A DNA stretch of 64,000 bases from Eledone cirrhosa (lineage: Eukaryota): contig OZ024740.1 in the NCBI GenBank assembly GCA_964016885.1, forward strand, positions 10,850,001-10,914,000. Reading direction: 5' to 3'. The notes beneath the pieces were generated by a model. That model saw nothing but the letters and a program-made list of their open reading frames with translations. It searched no databases and was not told the DNA's origin. The translations under genes and the position numbers were made by a program. Shown here piece after piece: positions 33,420-47,142 of this stretch; the stretch's first letter is position 1, and each line of letters begins with the position of its first letter.

Positions 33420-36400
33420 GACAAAAGTGCCCAGCCCACACTGTAAAGTGGTTGTGTTGGTGACATTACAAAAGGCGCCCACTCCCCACTGTAAAGTGGT
33501 TGTGTTGGTGACATGACAAAAGGCGCCCACTCCCCACTGTAAAGTGGTCATGTAGGTGTCACAACAAAAGGCGCCCACTCCCCACTGTAAAGTGGTTGTG
33601 TTGGTGACATGACAAAAGGCGCCCACTCCCCACTGTAAAGTGGTTGTGTTGTTGACATGACAAAAGGTGCCCACTCCCCACTGTAAAGTGGTTGTGTTGT
33701 TGACATGACAAAAGGCGCCCACTCCCCACTGTAAAGTGGTTGTGTTGTTGACATGGCAAAAGGCGCCCACTCCCCACTGTAAAGTGGTTGTGTTGTTGAC
33801 ATGACAAAAGGCGCCCACTCCCCCACTGTAAAGTGGTTGTGTTGTTGACATGACAAAAGGCGCCCACTCCCCACTGTAAAGTGGTTGTGTTGTTGACATG
33901 ACAAAAGGCGCCCACTCCCCACTGTAAAGTGGTTGTGTTGTTGACATGGCAAAAGGCGCCCACTCCCCACTGTAAAGTGGTTGTGTTGTTGACATGGCAA
34001 AAGGCGCCCACTCCCCACTGTAAAGTGGTTGTGTTGTTGACATGGCAAAAGGCGCCCACTCCCCACTGTAAAGTGGTTGTGTTGTTGACATGGCAAAAGG
34101 CGCCCACTCCCCACTGTAAAGTGGTTGTGTTGTTGACATGACAAAAGGCGCCCACTCCCCACTGTAAAGTGGTTGTGTTGTTGACATGGCAAAAGGCGCC
34201 CAGTCCCCACTGTAAAGTGGTTGTGTTGTTGACATGACAAAAGGCGCCCACTCCCCACTGTAAAGTGGTTGTGTTGTTGACATGACAAAAGGCGCCCACT
34301 CCCCACTGTAAAGTGGTTGTGTTGTTGACATGACAAAAGGCGCCCACTCCCCACTGTAAAGTGGTTGTGTTGTTGACATGGCAAAAGGCGCCCAGTCCAC
34401 ACTGTAAAGTGGTTGTGTTGTTGACATGGCAAAAGGCGCCCACTCCCCACTGTAAAGTGGTTGTGTTGTTGACATGACAAAAGGCGCCCACTCCCCACTG
34501 TAAAGTGGTTGTGTTGTTGACATGACAAAAGGCGCCCACTCCCCACTGTAAAGTGGTTGTGTTGTTGACATGGCAAAAGGCGCCCACTCCCCACTGTAAA
34601 GTGGTTGTGTTGTTGACATGACAAAAGGCGCCCACTCCCCACTGTAAAGTGGTTGTGTTGTTGACATGACAAAAGGCGCCCACTCCCCACTGTAAAGTGG
34701 TTGTGTTGTTGACATGACAAAAGGCGCCCACTCCCCACTGTAAAGTGGTTGTGTTGTTGACATGGCAAAAGGCGCCCACTCCCCACTGTAAAGTGGTTGT
34801 GTTGTTGACATGACAAAAGGCGCCCACTCCCCACTGTAAAGTGGTTGTGTTGTTGACATGACAAAAGGCGCCCACTCCCCACTGTAAAGTGGTTGTGTTG
34901 TTGACATGACAAAAGGCGCCCACTCCCCACTGTAAAGTGGTTGTGTTGTTGACATGACAAAAGGCGCCCACTCCCCACTGTAAAGTGGTTGTGTTGTTGA
35001 CATGACAAAAGGCGCCCACTCCCCACTGTAAAGTGGTTGTGTTGTTGACATGACAAAAGGCGCCCACTCCCCACTGTAAAGTGGTTGTGTTGTTGACATG
35101 ACAAAAGGCGCCCACTCCCCACTGTAAAGTGGTTGTATTGTTGACATGGCAAAAGGCGCCCACTCCCCACTGTAAAGTGGTTGTGTTGTTGACATGACAA
35201 AAGGCGCCCACTCCCCACTGTAAAGTGGTTGTGTTGTTGACATGGCAAAAGGCGCCCAGTCCACACTGTAAAGTGGTTGTGTTGTTGACATGACAAAAGG
35301 CGCCCAGTCCCCACTGTAAAGTGGTTGTGTTGTTGACATGGCAAAAGGCGCCCACTCCCCACTGTAAAGTGGTTGTGTTGTTGACATGACAAAAGGCGCC
35401 CACTCCCCACTGTAAAGTGGTTGTGTTGTTGACATGACAAAAGGCGCCCACTCCCCACTGTAAAGTGGTTGTGTTGTTGACATGACAAAAGGCGCCCACT
35501 CCCCACTGTAAAGTGGTTGTGTTGTTGACATGACAAAAGGCGCCCACTCCCCACTGTAAAGTGGTTGTGTTGTTGACATGGCAAAAGGCGCCCAGTCCAC
35601 ACTGTAAAGTGGTTGTGTTGTTGACATGGCAAAAGGCGCCCAGTCCCCACTGTAAAGTGGTTGTGTTGTTGACATGACAAAAGGCGCCCAGTCCCCACTG
35701 TAAAGTGGTTGTGTTGTTGACATGACAAAAGGCGCCCACTCCCCACTGTAAAGTGGTTGTGTTGTTGACATGGCAAAAGGCGCCCACTCCCCACTGTAAA
35801 GTGGTTGTGTTGTTGACATGACAAAAGGCGCCCACTCCCCACTGTAAAGTGGTTGTGTTGTTGACATGACAAAAGGCGCCCAGTCCCCACTGTAAAGTGG
35901 TTGTGTTGTTGACATGGCAAAAGGCGCCCACTCCCCACTGTAAAGTGGTTGTGTTGTTGACATGGCAAAAGGCGCCCACTCCCCACTGTAAAGTGGTTGT
36001 GTTGTTGACATGGCAAAAGGCGCCCAGTCCACACTGTAAAGTGGTTGTGTTGGTGACATGGCAAAAGGCGCCCACTCCCCACTGTAAAGTGGTTGTGTTG
36101 GTGACATGGCAAAAGGCGCCCAGTCCACACTGTAAAGTGGTTGTGTTGTTGACATGACAAAAGGTGCCCAGTCCCCACTGTAAAGTGGTTGTGTTGTTGA
36201 CATGACAAAAGGTGCCCAGTCCCCACTGTAAAGTGGTTGTGTTGTTGACATGGCAAAAGGCGCCCAGTCCCCACTGTAAAGTGGTTGTGTTGTTGACATG
36301 GCAAAAGGCGCCCAGTCCCCACTGTAAAGTGGTTGTGTTGTTGACATGACAAAAGGCGCCCAGTCCCCACTGTAAAGTGGTTGTGTTGTTGACATGGCAA

Positions 36401-39400
36401 AAGGCGCCCAGTCCCCACTGTAAAGTGGTTGTGTTGTTGACATGACAAAAGGCGCCCACTCCCCACTGTAAAGTGGTTGTGTTGTTGACATGGCAAAAGG
36501 CGCCCACTCCCCACTGTAAAGTGGTTGTGTTGTTGACATGACAAAAGGTGCCCAGTCCCCACTGTAAAGTGGTTGTGTTGTTGACATGGCAAAAGGCGCC
36601 CAGTCCCCACTGTAAAGTGGTTGTGTTGTTGACATGACAAAAGGCGCCCACTCCCCACTGTAAAGTGGTTGTGTTGTTGACATGGCAAAAGGCGCCCACT
36701 CCCCACTGTAAAGTGGTTGTGTTGTTGACATGGCAAAAGGCGCCCAGTCCCCACTGTAAAGTGGTTGTGTTGTTGACATGGCAAAAGGTGCCCAGTCCCC
36801 ACTGTAAAGTGGTTGTGTTGTTGACATGACAAAAGGTGCCCACTCCCCACTGTAAAGTGGTTGTGTTGTTGACATGGCAAAAGGCGCCCACTCCCCACTG
36901 TAAAGTGGTTGTGTTGTTGACATGACAAAAGGCGCCCACTCCCCACTGTAAAGTGGTTGTGTTGTTGACATGACAAAAGGCGCCCACTCCCCACTGTAAA
37001 GTGGTTGTGTTGTTGACATGGCAAAAGGCGCCCACTCCCCACTGTAAAGAGGTTGTGTTGTTGACATGACAAAAGGCGCCCACTCCCCACTGTAAAGTGG
37101 TTGTGTTGTTGACATGGCAAAAGGCGCCCAGTCCACACTGTAAAGTGGTTGTGTTGGTGACATGGCAAAAGGCGCCCACTCCCCACTGTAAAGTGGTTGT
37201 GTTGTTGACATGACAAAAGGCGCCCACTCCCCACTGTAAAGTGGTTGTGTTGTTGACATGACAAAAGGCGCCCACTCCCCACTGTAAAGTGGTTGTGTTG
37301 TTGACATGGCAAAAGGCGCCCAGTCCACACTGTAAAGTGGTTGTGTTGGTGACATGGCAAAAGGCGCCCACTCCCCACTGTAAAGTGGTTGTGTTGTTGA
37401 CATGACAAAAGGCGCCCACTCCCCACTGTAAAGTGGTTGTGTTGTTGACATGACAAAAGGCGCCCACTCCCCACTGTAAAGTGGTTGTGTTGTTGACATG
37501 ACAAAAGGCGCCCACTCCCCACTGTAAAGTGGTTGTGTTGGTGACATGGCAAAAGGCGCCCAGTCCCCACTGTAAAGTGGTTGTGTTGTTGACATGACAA
37601 AAGGCGCCCACTCCCCACTGTAAAGTGGTTGTGTTGTTGACATGGCAAAAGGCGCCCACTCCCCACTGTAAAGTGGTTGTGTTGTTGACATGACAAAAGG
37701 CGCCCACTCCCCACTGTAAAGTGGTTGTGTTGTTGACATGGCAAAAGGCGCCCAGTCCACACTGTAAAGTGGTTGTGTTGTTGACATGACAAAAGGCGCC
37801 CACTCCCCACTGTAAAGTGGTTGTGTTGTTGACATGGCAAAAGGCGCCCACTCCCCACTGTAAAGTGGTTGTGTTGTTGACATGACAAAAGGCGCCCACT
37901 CCCCACTGTAAAGTGGTTGTGTTGTTGACATGACAAAAGGCGCCCACTCCCCACTGTAAAGTGGTTGTGTTGTTGACATGACAAAAGGCGCCCACTCCCC
38001 ACTGTAAAGTGGTTGTGTTGGTGACATGGCAAAAGGCGCCCAGTCCCCACTGTAAAGTGGTTGTGTTGTTGACATGGCAAAAGGCGCCCACTCCCCACTG
38101 TAAAGTGGTTGTGTTGTTGACATGGCAAAAGGCGCCCAGTCCACACTGTAAAGTGGTTGTGTTGTTGACATGACAAAAGGCGCCCACTCCCCACTGTAAA
38201 GTGGTTGTGTTGTTGACATGGCAAAAGGCGCCCACTCCCCACTGTAAAGTGGTTGTGTTGTTGACATGACAAAAGGCGCCCACTCCCCACTGTAAAGTGG
38301 TTGTGTTGTTGACATGACAAAAGGCGCCCACTCCCCACTGTAAAGTGGTTGTGTTGTTGACATGACAAAAGGCGCCCACTCCCCACTGTAAAGTGGTTGT
38401 GTTGGTGACATGGCAAAAGGCGCCCAGTCCCCACTGTAAAGTGGTTGTGTTGTTGACATGGCAAAAGGCGCCCACTCCCCACTGTAAAGTGGTTGTGTTG
38501 TTGACATGGCAAAAGGCGCCCAGTCCCCACTGTAAAGTGGTTGTGTTGTTGACATGGCAAAAGGCGCCCACTCCCCACTGTAAAGTGGTTGTGTTGTTGA
38601 CATGGCAAAAGGCGCCCAGTCCCCACTGTAAAGTGGTTGTGTTGTTGACATGACAAAAGGCGCCCACTCCCCACTGTAAAGTGGTTGTGTTGTTGACATG
38701 GCAAAAGGCGCCCACTCCCCACTGTAAAGTGGTTGTGTTGTTGACATGGCAAAAGGCGCCCAGTCCCCACTGTAAAGTGGTTGTGTTGTTGACATGGCAA
38801 AAGGCGCCCACTCCCCACTGTAAAGTGGTTGTGTTGTTGACATGACAAAAGGCGCCCAGTCCCCACTGTAAAGTGGTTGTGTTGTTGACATGCAAAAGGT
38901 GCCCAGTCCCCACTGTAAAGTGGTTGTGTTGTTGACATGGCAAAAGGCGCCCAGTCCCCACTGTAAAGTGGTTGTGTTGGTGACATGGCAAAAGGCGCCC
39001 ACTCCACACTGTAAAGTGGTTGTGTTGTTGACATGGCAAAAGGCGCCCAGTCCCCACTGTAAAGTGGTTGTGTTGTTGACATGACAAAAGGCGCCCACTC
39101 CCCACTGTAAAGTGGTTGTGTTGTTGACATGACAAAAGGCGCCCACTCCCCACTGTAAAGTGGTTGTGTTGTTGACATGGCAAAAGGCGCCCAGTCCACA
39201 CTGTAAAGTGGTTGTGTTGTTGACATGACAAAAGGCGCCCACTCCCCACTGTAAAGTGGTTGTGTTGTTGACATGGCAAAAGGCGCCCAGTCCCCACTGT
39301 AAAGTGGTTGTGTTGTTGACATGGCAAAAGGCGCCCACTCCCCACTGTAAAGTGGTTGTGTTGTTGACATGACAAAAGGCGCCCACTCCCCACTGTAAAG

Positions 39401-42400
39401 TGGTTGTGTTGTTGACATGACAAAAGGCGCCCACTCCCCACTGTAAAGTGGTTGTGTTATTGACATGGCAAAAGGCGCCCACTCCCCACTGTAAAGTGGT
39501 TGTGTTGTTGACATGACAAAAGGTGCCCACTCCCCACTGTAAAGTGGTTGTGTTGTTGACATGGCAAAAGGCGCCCACTCCCCACTGTAAAGTGGTTGTG
39601 TTGTTGACATGACAAAAGGTGCCCAGTCCCCACTGTAAAGTGGTTGTGTTGTTGACATGACAAAAGGCGCCCAGTCCACACTGTAAAGTGGTTGTGTTGT
39701 TGACATGGCAAAAGGCGCCCACTCCCCACTGTAAAGTGGTTGTGTTGTTGACATGACAAAAGGTGCCCAGTCCCCACTGTAAAGTGGTTGTGTTGTTGAC
39801 ATGACAAAAGGCGCCCAGTCCACACTGTAAAGTGGTTGTGTTGTTGACATGGCAAAAGGCGCCCACTCCCCACTGTAAAGTGGTTGTGTTGTTGACATGG
39901 CAAAAGGCGCCCACTCCCCACTGTAAAGTGGTTGTGTTGTTGACATGGCAAAAGGCGCCCACTCCCCACTGTAAAGTGGTTGTGTTGTTGACATGACAAA
40001 AGGCGCCCACTCCCCACTGTAAAGTGGTTGTGTTGTTGACATGGCAAAAGGCGCCCACTCCCCACTGTAAAGTGGTTGTGTTGTTGACATGACAAAAGGT
40101 GCCCAGTCCCCACTGTAAAGTGGTTGTGTTGTTGACATGACAAAAGGCGCCCAGTCCACACTGTAAAGTCGTTGTGTTGTTGACATGGCAAAAGGCGCCC
40201 ACTCCCCACTGTAAAGTGGTTGTGTTGTTGACATGGCAAAAGGCGCCCACTCCCCACTGTAAAGTGGTTGTGTTGTTGACATGACAAAAGGCGCCCACTC
40301 CCCACTGTAAAGTGGTTGTGTTGTTGACATGGCAAAAGGCGCCCACTCCCCACTGTAAAGTGGTTGTGTTGTTGACATGACAAAAGGTGCCCAGTCCCCA
40401 CTGTAAAGTGGTTGTGTTGTTGACATGACAAAAGGCGCCCAGTCCACACTGTAAAGTGGTTGTGTTGTTGACATGGCAAAAGGCGCCCACTCCCCACTGT
40501 AAAGTGGTTGTGTTGTTGACATGACAAAAGGCGCCCACTCCCCACCGTAAAGTGGTTGTGTTGTTGACATGACAAAAGGCGCCCACTCCCCACTGTAAAG
40601 TGGTTGTGTTGTTGACATGGCAAAAGGCGCCCACTCCCCACTGTAAAGTGGTTGTGTTGTTGACATGGCAAAAGGCGCCCACTCCCCACTGTAAAGTGGT
40701 TGTGTTGTTGACATGGCAAAAGGCGCCCACTCCCCACTGTAAAGTGGTTGTGTTGTTGACATGGCAAAAGGCGCCCACTCCCCACTGTAAAGTGGTTGTG
40801 TTGTTGACATGACAAAAGGCGCCCACTCCCCACTGTAAAGTGGTTGTGTTGTTGACATGACAAAAGGCGCCCACTCCCCACTGTAAAGTGGTTGTGTTGT
40901 TGACATGACAAAAGGCGCCCACTCCCCACTGTAAAGTGGTTGTGTTGTTGACATGACAAAAGGCGCCCAGTCCACACTGTAAAGTGGTTGTGTTGTTGAC
41001 ATGACAAAAGGCGCCCACTCCCCACTGTAAAGTGGTTGTGTTGTTGACATGGCAAAAGGCGCCCAGTCCCCACTGTAAAGTGGTTGTGTTGTTGACATGA
41101 CAAAAGGCGCCCAGTCCACACTGTAAAGTGGTTGTGTTGTTGACATGACAAAAGGCGCCCACTCCCCACTGTAAAGTGGTTGTGTTGTTGACATGACAAA
41201 AGGCGCCCACTCTCCACTGTAAAGTGGTTGTGTTGTTGACATGACAAAAGGCGCCCACTCCCCACTGTAAAGTGGTTGTGTTGTTGACATGACAAAAGGC
41301 GCCCACTCCCCACTGTAAAGTGGTTGTGTTGTTGACATGGCAAAAGGCGCCCACTCTCCACTGTAAAGTGGTTGTGTTGTTGACATGACAAAAGGCGCCC
41401 ACTCCCCACTGTAAAGTGGTTGTGTTGTTGACATGGCAAAAGGCGCCCAGTCCCCACTGTAAAGTGGTTGTGTTGTTGACATGGCAAAAGGCGCCCACTC
41501 CCCACTGTAAAGTGGTTGTGTTGTTTCATGGCAAAAGGCGCCCACTCCCCACTGTAAAGTGGTTGTGTTGTTGACATGACAAAAGGCGCCCACTCCCCAC
41601 TGTAAAGTGGTTGTGTTGTTGACATGGCAAAAGGTGCCCACTCCCCACTGTAAAGTGGTTGTGTTGGTGACATGACAAAAGGCGCCCAGTCCACACTGTA
41701 AAGTGGTTGTGTTGTTGACATGGCAAAAGGCGCCCAGTCCCCACTGTAAAGTGGTTGTGTTGTTGACATGGCAAAAGGCGCCCAGTCCCCACTGTAAAGT
41801 GGTTGTGTTGTTGACATGACAAAAGGCGCCCACTCCCCACTGTAAAGTGGTTGTGTTGGTGACATGACAAAAGGCGCCCAGTCCACACTGTAAAGTGGTT
41901 GTGTTGTTGACATGGCAAAAGGCGCCCAGTCCCCACTGTAAAGTGGTTGTGTTGTTGACATGACAAAAGGCGCCCACTCCCCACTGTAAAGTGGTTGTGT
42001 TGGTGACATGACAAAAGGCGCCCAGTCCACACTGTAAAGTGGTTGTGTTGTTGACATGGCAAAAGGCGCCCAGTCCCCACTGTAAAGTGGTTGTGTTGGT
42101 GACATGGCAAAAGGCGCCCAGTCCCCACTGTAAAGTGGTTGTGTTGTTGACATGGCAAAAGGTGCCCACTCCCCACTGTAAAGTGGTTGTGTTGGTGACA
42201 TGACAAAAGGCGCCCAGTCCACACTGTAAAGTGGTTGTGTTGTTGACATGGCAAAAGGCGCCCAGTCCCCACTGTAAAGTGGTTGTGTTGTTGACATGAC
42301 AAAAGGTGCCCACTCCTCACTGTAAAGTGGTTGTGTTGTTGACATGACAAAAGGCGCCCAGTCCACACTGTAAAGTGGTTGTGTTGTTGACATGACAAAA

Positions 42401-45400
42401 GGTGCCCACTCCCCACTGTAAAGTGGTTGTGTTGTTGACATGACAAAAGGTGCCCAGTCCACACTGTAAAGTGGTTGTGTTGTTGACATGGCAAAAGGCG
42501 CCCAGTCCACACTGTAAAGTGGTTGTGTTGTTGACACGACAAAAGGCGCCCAGTCCACACTGTAAAGTGGTTGTGTTGTTGACATGACAAAAGGCGCCCA
42601 GTCCACACTGTAAAGTGGTTGTGTTGTTGACATGACAAAAGGCGCCCAGTCCACACTGTAAAGTGGTTGTGTTGTTGACATGACAAAAGGCGCCCAGTCC
42701 ACACTGTAAAGTGGTTGTGTTGTTGACATGACAAAAGGCGCCCACTCCCCACTGTAAAGTGGTTGTGTTGTTGACATGACAAAAGGTGCCCAGTCCCCAC
42801 TGTAAAGTGGTTGTGTTGTTGACATGGCAAAAGGCGCCCAGTCCCCACTGTAAAGTGGTTGTGTTGTTGACATGGCAAAAGGCGCCCAGTCCCCACTGTA
42901 AAGTGGTTGTGTTGTTGACATGGCAAAAGGCGCCCAGTCCCCACTGTAAAGTGGTTGTGTTGTTGACATGACAAAAGGCGCCCAGTCCACACTGTAAAGT
43001 GGTTGTGTTGTTGACATGGCAAAAGGCGCCCAGTCCCCACTGTAAAGTGGTTGTGTTGTTGACATGACAAAAGGCGCCCACTCCCCACTGTAAAGTGGTT
43101 GTGTTGTTGACATGACAAAAGGTGCCCAGTCCCCACTGTAAAGTGGTTGTGTTGTTGACATGACAAAAGGCGCCCACTCCCCACTGTAAAGTGGTTGTGT
43201 TGTTGACATGACAAAAGGTGCCCACTCCCCACTGTAAAGTGGTTGTGTTGTTGACATGGCAAAAGGCGCCCAGTCCACACTGTAAAGTGGTTGTGTTGTT
43301 GACATGCAAAAGGCGCCCAGTCCCCACTGTAAAGTGGTTGTGTTGTTGACATGACAAAAGGTGCCCAGTCCCCACTGTAAAGTGGTTGTGTTGTTGACAT
43401 GACAAAAGGCGCCCACTCCCCACTGTAAAGTGGTTGTGTTGTTGACATGGCAAAAGGCGCCCAGTCCACACTGTAAAGTGGTTGTGTTGTTGACATGACA
43501 AAAGGCGCCCACTCCCCACTGTAAAGTGGTTGTGTTGTTGACATGACAAAAGGCGCCCACTCCCCACTGTAAAGTGGTTGTGTTGTTGACATGACAAAAG
43601 GCGCCCACTCCCCACTGTAAAGTGGTTGTGTTGTTGACATGGCAAAAGGCGCCCACTCCCCACTGTAAAGTGGTTGTGTTGTTGACATGACAAAAGGCGC
43701 CCACTCCCCACTGTAAAGTGGTTGTGTTGTTGACATGACAAAAGGCGCCCACTCCCCACTGTAAAGTGGTTGTGTTGTTGACATGACAAAAGGCGCCCAC
43801 TCCCCACTGTAAAGTGGTTGTGTTGTTGACATGGCAAAAGGCGCCCACTCCCCACTGTAAAGTGGTTGTGTTGTTGACATGACAAAAGGCGCCCAGTCCA
43901 CACTGTAAAGTGGTTGTGTTGTTGACATGGCAAAAGGCGCCCACTCCCCACTGTAAAGTGGTTGTGTTGTTGACATGACAAAAGGCGCCCACTCCCCACT
44001 GTAAAGTGGTTGTGTTGTTGACATGGCAAAAGGCGCCCACTACCCACTGTAAAGTGGTTGTGTTGTTGACATGACAAAAGGCGCCCAGTCCACACTGTAA
44101 AGTGGTTGTGTTGTTGACATGACAAAAGGCGCCCACTCCCCACTGTAAAGTGGTTGTGTTGTTGACATGGCAAAAGGCGCCCAGTCCCCACTGTAAAGTG
44201 GTTGTGTTGTTGACAAGGCAAAAGGCGCCCACTCCCCACTGTAAAGTGGTTGTGTTGTTGACATGACAAAAGGCGCCCACTCCCCACTGTAAAGTGGTTG
44301 TGTTGTTGACATGACAAAAGGCGCCCACTCCCCATTGTAAAGTGGTTGTGTTGTTGACATGATAAAAGGCGCCCACTCCCCACTGTAAAGTGGTTGTGTT
44401 GTTGACATGGCAAAAGGCGCCCACTCTCCACTGTAAAGTGGTTGTGTTGTTGACATGACAAAAGACGCCCACTCCCCACTGTAAAGTGGTTGTGTTGTTG
44501 ACATGACAAAAGGCGCCCAGTCCACACTGTAAAGTGGTTGTGTTGGTGACATGACAAAAGGCGCCCACTCCCCACTGTAAAGTGGTTGTGTTGTTGACAT
44601 GACAAAAGGCGCCCACTCCCCACTGTAAAGTGGTTGTGTTGTTGACATGACAAAAGGCGCCCAGTCCCCACTGTAAAGTGGTTGTGTTGGTGACATGACA
44701 AAAGGCGCCCACTCCCCACTGTAAAGTGGTTGTGTTGTTGACATGGCAAAAGGCGCCCACTCCCCACTGTAAAGTGGTTGTGTTGTTGACATGACAAAAG
44801 GCGCCCACTCCCCACTGTAAAGTGGTTGTGTTGGTGACATGACAAAAGGCGCCCACTCCCCACTGTAAAGTGGTTGTGTTGTTGACATGGCAAAAGGCGC
44901 CCAGTCCACACTGTAAAGTGGTTGTGTTGTTGACATGACAAAAGGCGCCCAGTCCCCACTGTAAAGTGGTTGTGTTGTTGACATGGCAAAAGGCGCCCAC
45001 TCCCCACTGTAAAGTGGTTGTGTTGTTGACATGACAAAAGGCGCCCACTCCCCACTGTAAAGTGGTTGTGTTGTTGACATGGCAAAAGGCGCCCACTCCC
45101 CACTGTAAAGTGGTTGTGTTGTTGACATGACAAAAGGCACCCAGTCCCCACTGTAAAGTGGTTGTGTTGTTGACATGGCAAAAGGCGCCCAGTCCCCACT
45201 GTAAAGTGGTTGTGTTGTTGACATGGCAAAAGGCGCCCACTCCCCACTGTAAAGTGGTTGTGTTGTTGACATGGCAAAAGGCGCCCACTCCCCACTGTAA
45301 AGTGGTTGTGTTGTTGACATGGCAAAAGGCGCCCACTCCCCACTGTAAAGTGGTTGTGTTGTTGACATGACAAAAGGCGCCCACTCCCCACTGTAAAGTG

Positions 45401-46540
45401 GTTGTGTTGTTGACATGGCAAAAGGCGCCCACTCCCCACTGTAAAGTGGTTGTGTTGTTGACATGACAAAAGGTGCCCACTCCCCACTGTAAAGTGGTTG
45501 TGTTGTTGACATGACAAAAGGCGCCCACTCCCCACTGTAAAGTGGTTGTGTTGTTGACATGGCAAAAGGCGCCCACTCCCCACTGTAAAGTGGTTGTGTT
45601 GTTGACATGGCAAAAGGCGCCCACTCCCCACTGTAAAGTGGTTGTGTTGTTGACATGGCAAAAGGCGCCCACTCCCACTGTAAAGTGGTTGTGTTGGTGA
45701 CATGGCAAAAGGCGCGCACTCCCCACTGTAAAGTGGTTGTGTTGTTGACATGACAAAAGGCGCCCAGTCCACACTGTAAAGTGGTTGTGTTGTTGACATG
45801 ACAAAAGGCGCCCACTCCCCACTGTAAAGTGGTTGTGTTGTTGACATGGCAAAAGGCGCCCACTCCCCACTGTAAAGTGGTTGTGTTGTTGACATGACAA
45901 AAGGCGCCCACTCCCCACTGTAAAGTGGTTGTGTTGTTGACATGACAAAAGGTGCCCACTCCCCACTGTAAAGTGGTTGTGTTGTTGACATGGCAAAAGG
46001 CGCCCACTCCCCACTGTAAAGTGGTTGTGTTGTTGACATGACAAAAGGTGCCCAGTCCCCACTGTAAAGTGGTTGTGTTGTTGACATGACAAAAGGCGCC
46101 CACTCCCCACTGTAAAGTGGTTGTGTTGTTGACATGACAAAAGGCGCCCACTCCCCACTGTAAAGTGGTTGTGTTGTTGACATGGCAAAAGGCGCCCAGT
46201 CCCCACTGTAAAGTGGTTGTGTTGTTGACATGACAAAAGGCGCCCACTCCCCACTGTAAAGTGGTTGTGTTGTTGACATGACAAAAGGCGCCCACTCCCC
46301 ACTGTAAAGTGGTTGTGTTGTTGACATGACAAAAGGCGCCCACTCCCCACTGTAAAGTGGTTGTGTTGTTGACATGACAAAAGGCGCCCAGTCCCCACTG
46401 TAAAGTGGTTGTGTTGTTGACATGACAAAAGGCGCCCACTCCCCACTGTAAAGTGGTTGTGTTGGTGACATGACAAAAGGTGCCCAGTCCACACTGTAAA
46501 GTGGTTGTGTTGGTGAAACGACAAAAAGTGCCCAGCACAT
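33420..46540. repeat. 48-bp satellite, ~270 copies (consensus CACTGTAAAGTGGTTGTGTTGTTGACATGACAAAAGGCGCCCACTCCC)
   Basis: Direct periodicity (16-aa pseudo-ORF repeats), a few recurrent variant positions, rare 1-3 nt indels. Confidence 0.98.
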
Positions 46541-46834
46541 ACTTTAAATATGGGTAGCATTAGGAAGGGCATCCAGCCATAGAAACCAAGCTGGGCTTTT
46601 TAGTTTTAGGATTGTTAGAATTTTTGAATTTAATACCTGTATAACTTTTCAATTCCAATTACTTGTGCCAAGCTAACTTTGATATGTAAAATTGGCAGGG
46701 TGCTGTATATTCTAATTTGTTTGTTTGTGAGCAGGGCCCACAAACCTGATGTGCCTCTGGCCCCGCAAGTTCTAAACCCTGCACACAAGTTGTAATTTTT
46801 AAAATATCTTATTCAGAAAGCGAAGCAGAATTTC

Positions 46835-47020
46835 ATTTTATCTTTTATATTGATCTTATTTTAAATATCATTTTATCTTTTATATTGATCTTATTTTAAA
46901 TATCATTTTATCTTTTATATTGATCTTATATTAAATATCATTTTATGCTTTTATATTGATCTTATTTTAAATATCATTTTATGCTTTTATATTGATCTTA
47001 TTTTAAATATCATTTTGTGC
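46835..47020. repeat. ~35-bp AT-rich minisatellite, about 5 copies
   Basis: atcattttat(g)cttttatattgatcttattttaaat repeated. Confidence 0.9.
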
Positions 47021-47076
47021 TTTTATTTTATTCATATTCCTTTGAATTTAACTATATTTCATTGGGTATCCTGAAG

Positions 47077-47142
47077 CAAGCACCAAAATCCACCCAACAT
47101 TTCCTACTACTACACAATTTCCCACTCTTCCAGACACCCCTG
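47077..47142 (+). CDS. Candidate Pro/Thr-rich phase 1-1 exon (xSTKIHPTFPTTTQFPTLPDTP); alternative 9-nt form 47134-47142
   Basis: Donor CTG|gtaagg. Acceptors cctgaag| (66 nt, weak) or cccactcttccag| (9 nt, strong); both preserve frame. Confidence 0.45.

Noticed and set aside
33420-46540. CRISPR-like array
   Set aside because: No unique spacers, no cas genes, eukaryotic context.
33264-46572. 832-2921 aa minus-strand ORFs in all three frames
   Set aside because: The 48-bp monomer happens to lack stops on that strand. The ORFs switch peptide type at indels and the monomer derives from a SINE, so there is no sign of coding constraint.
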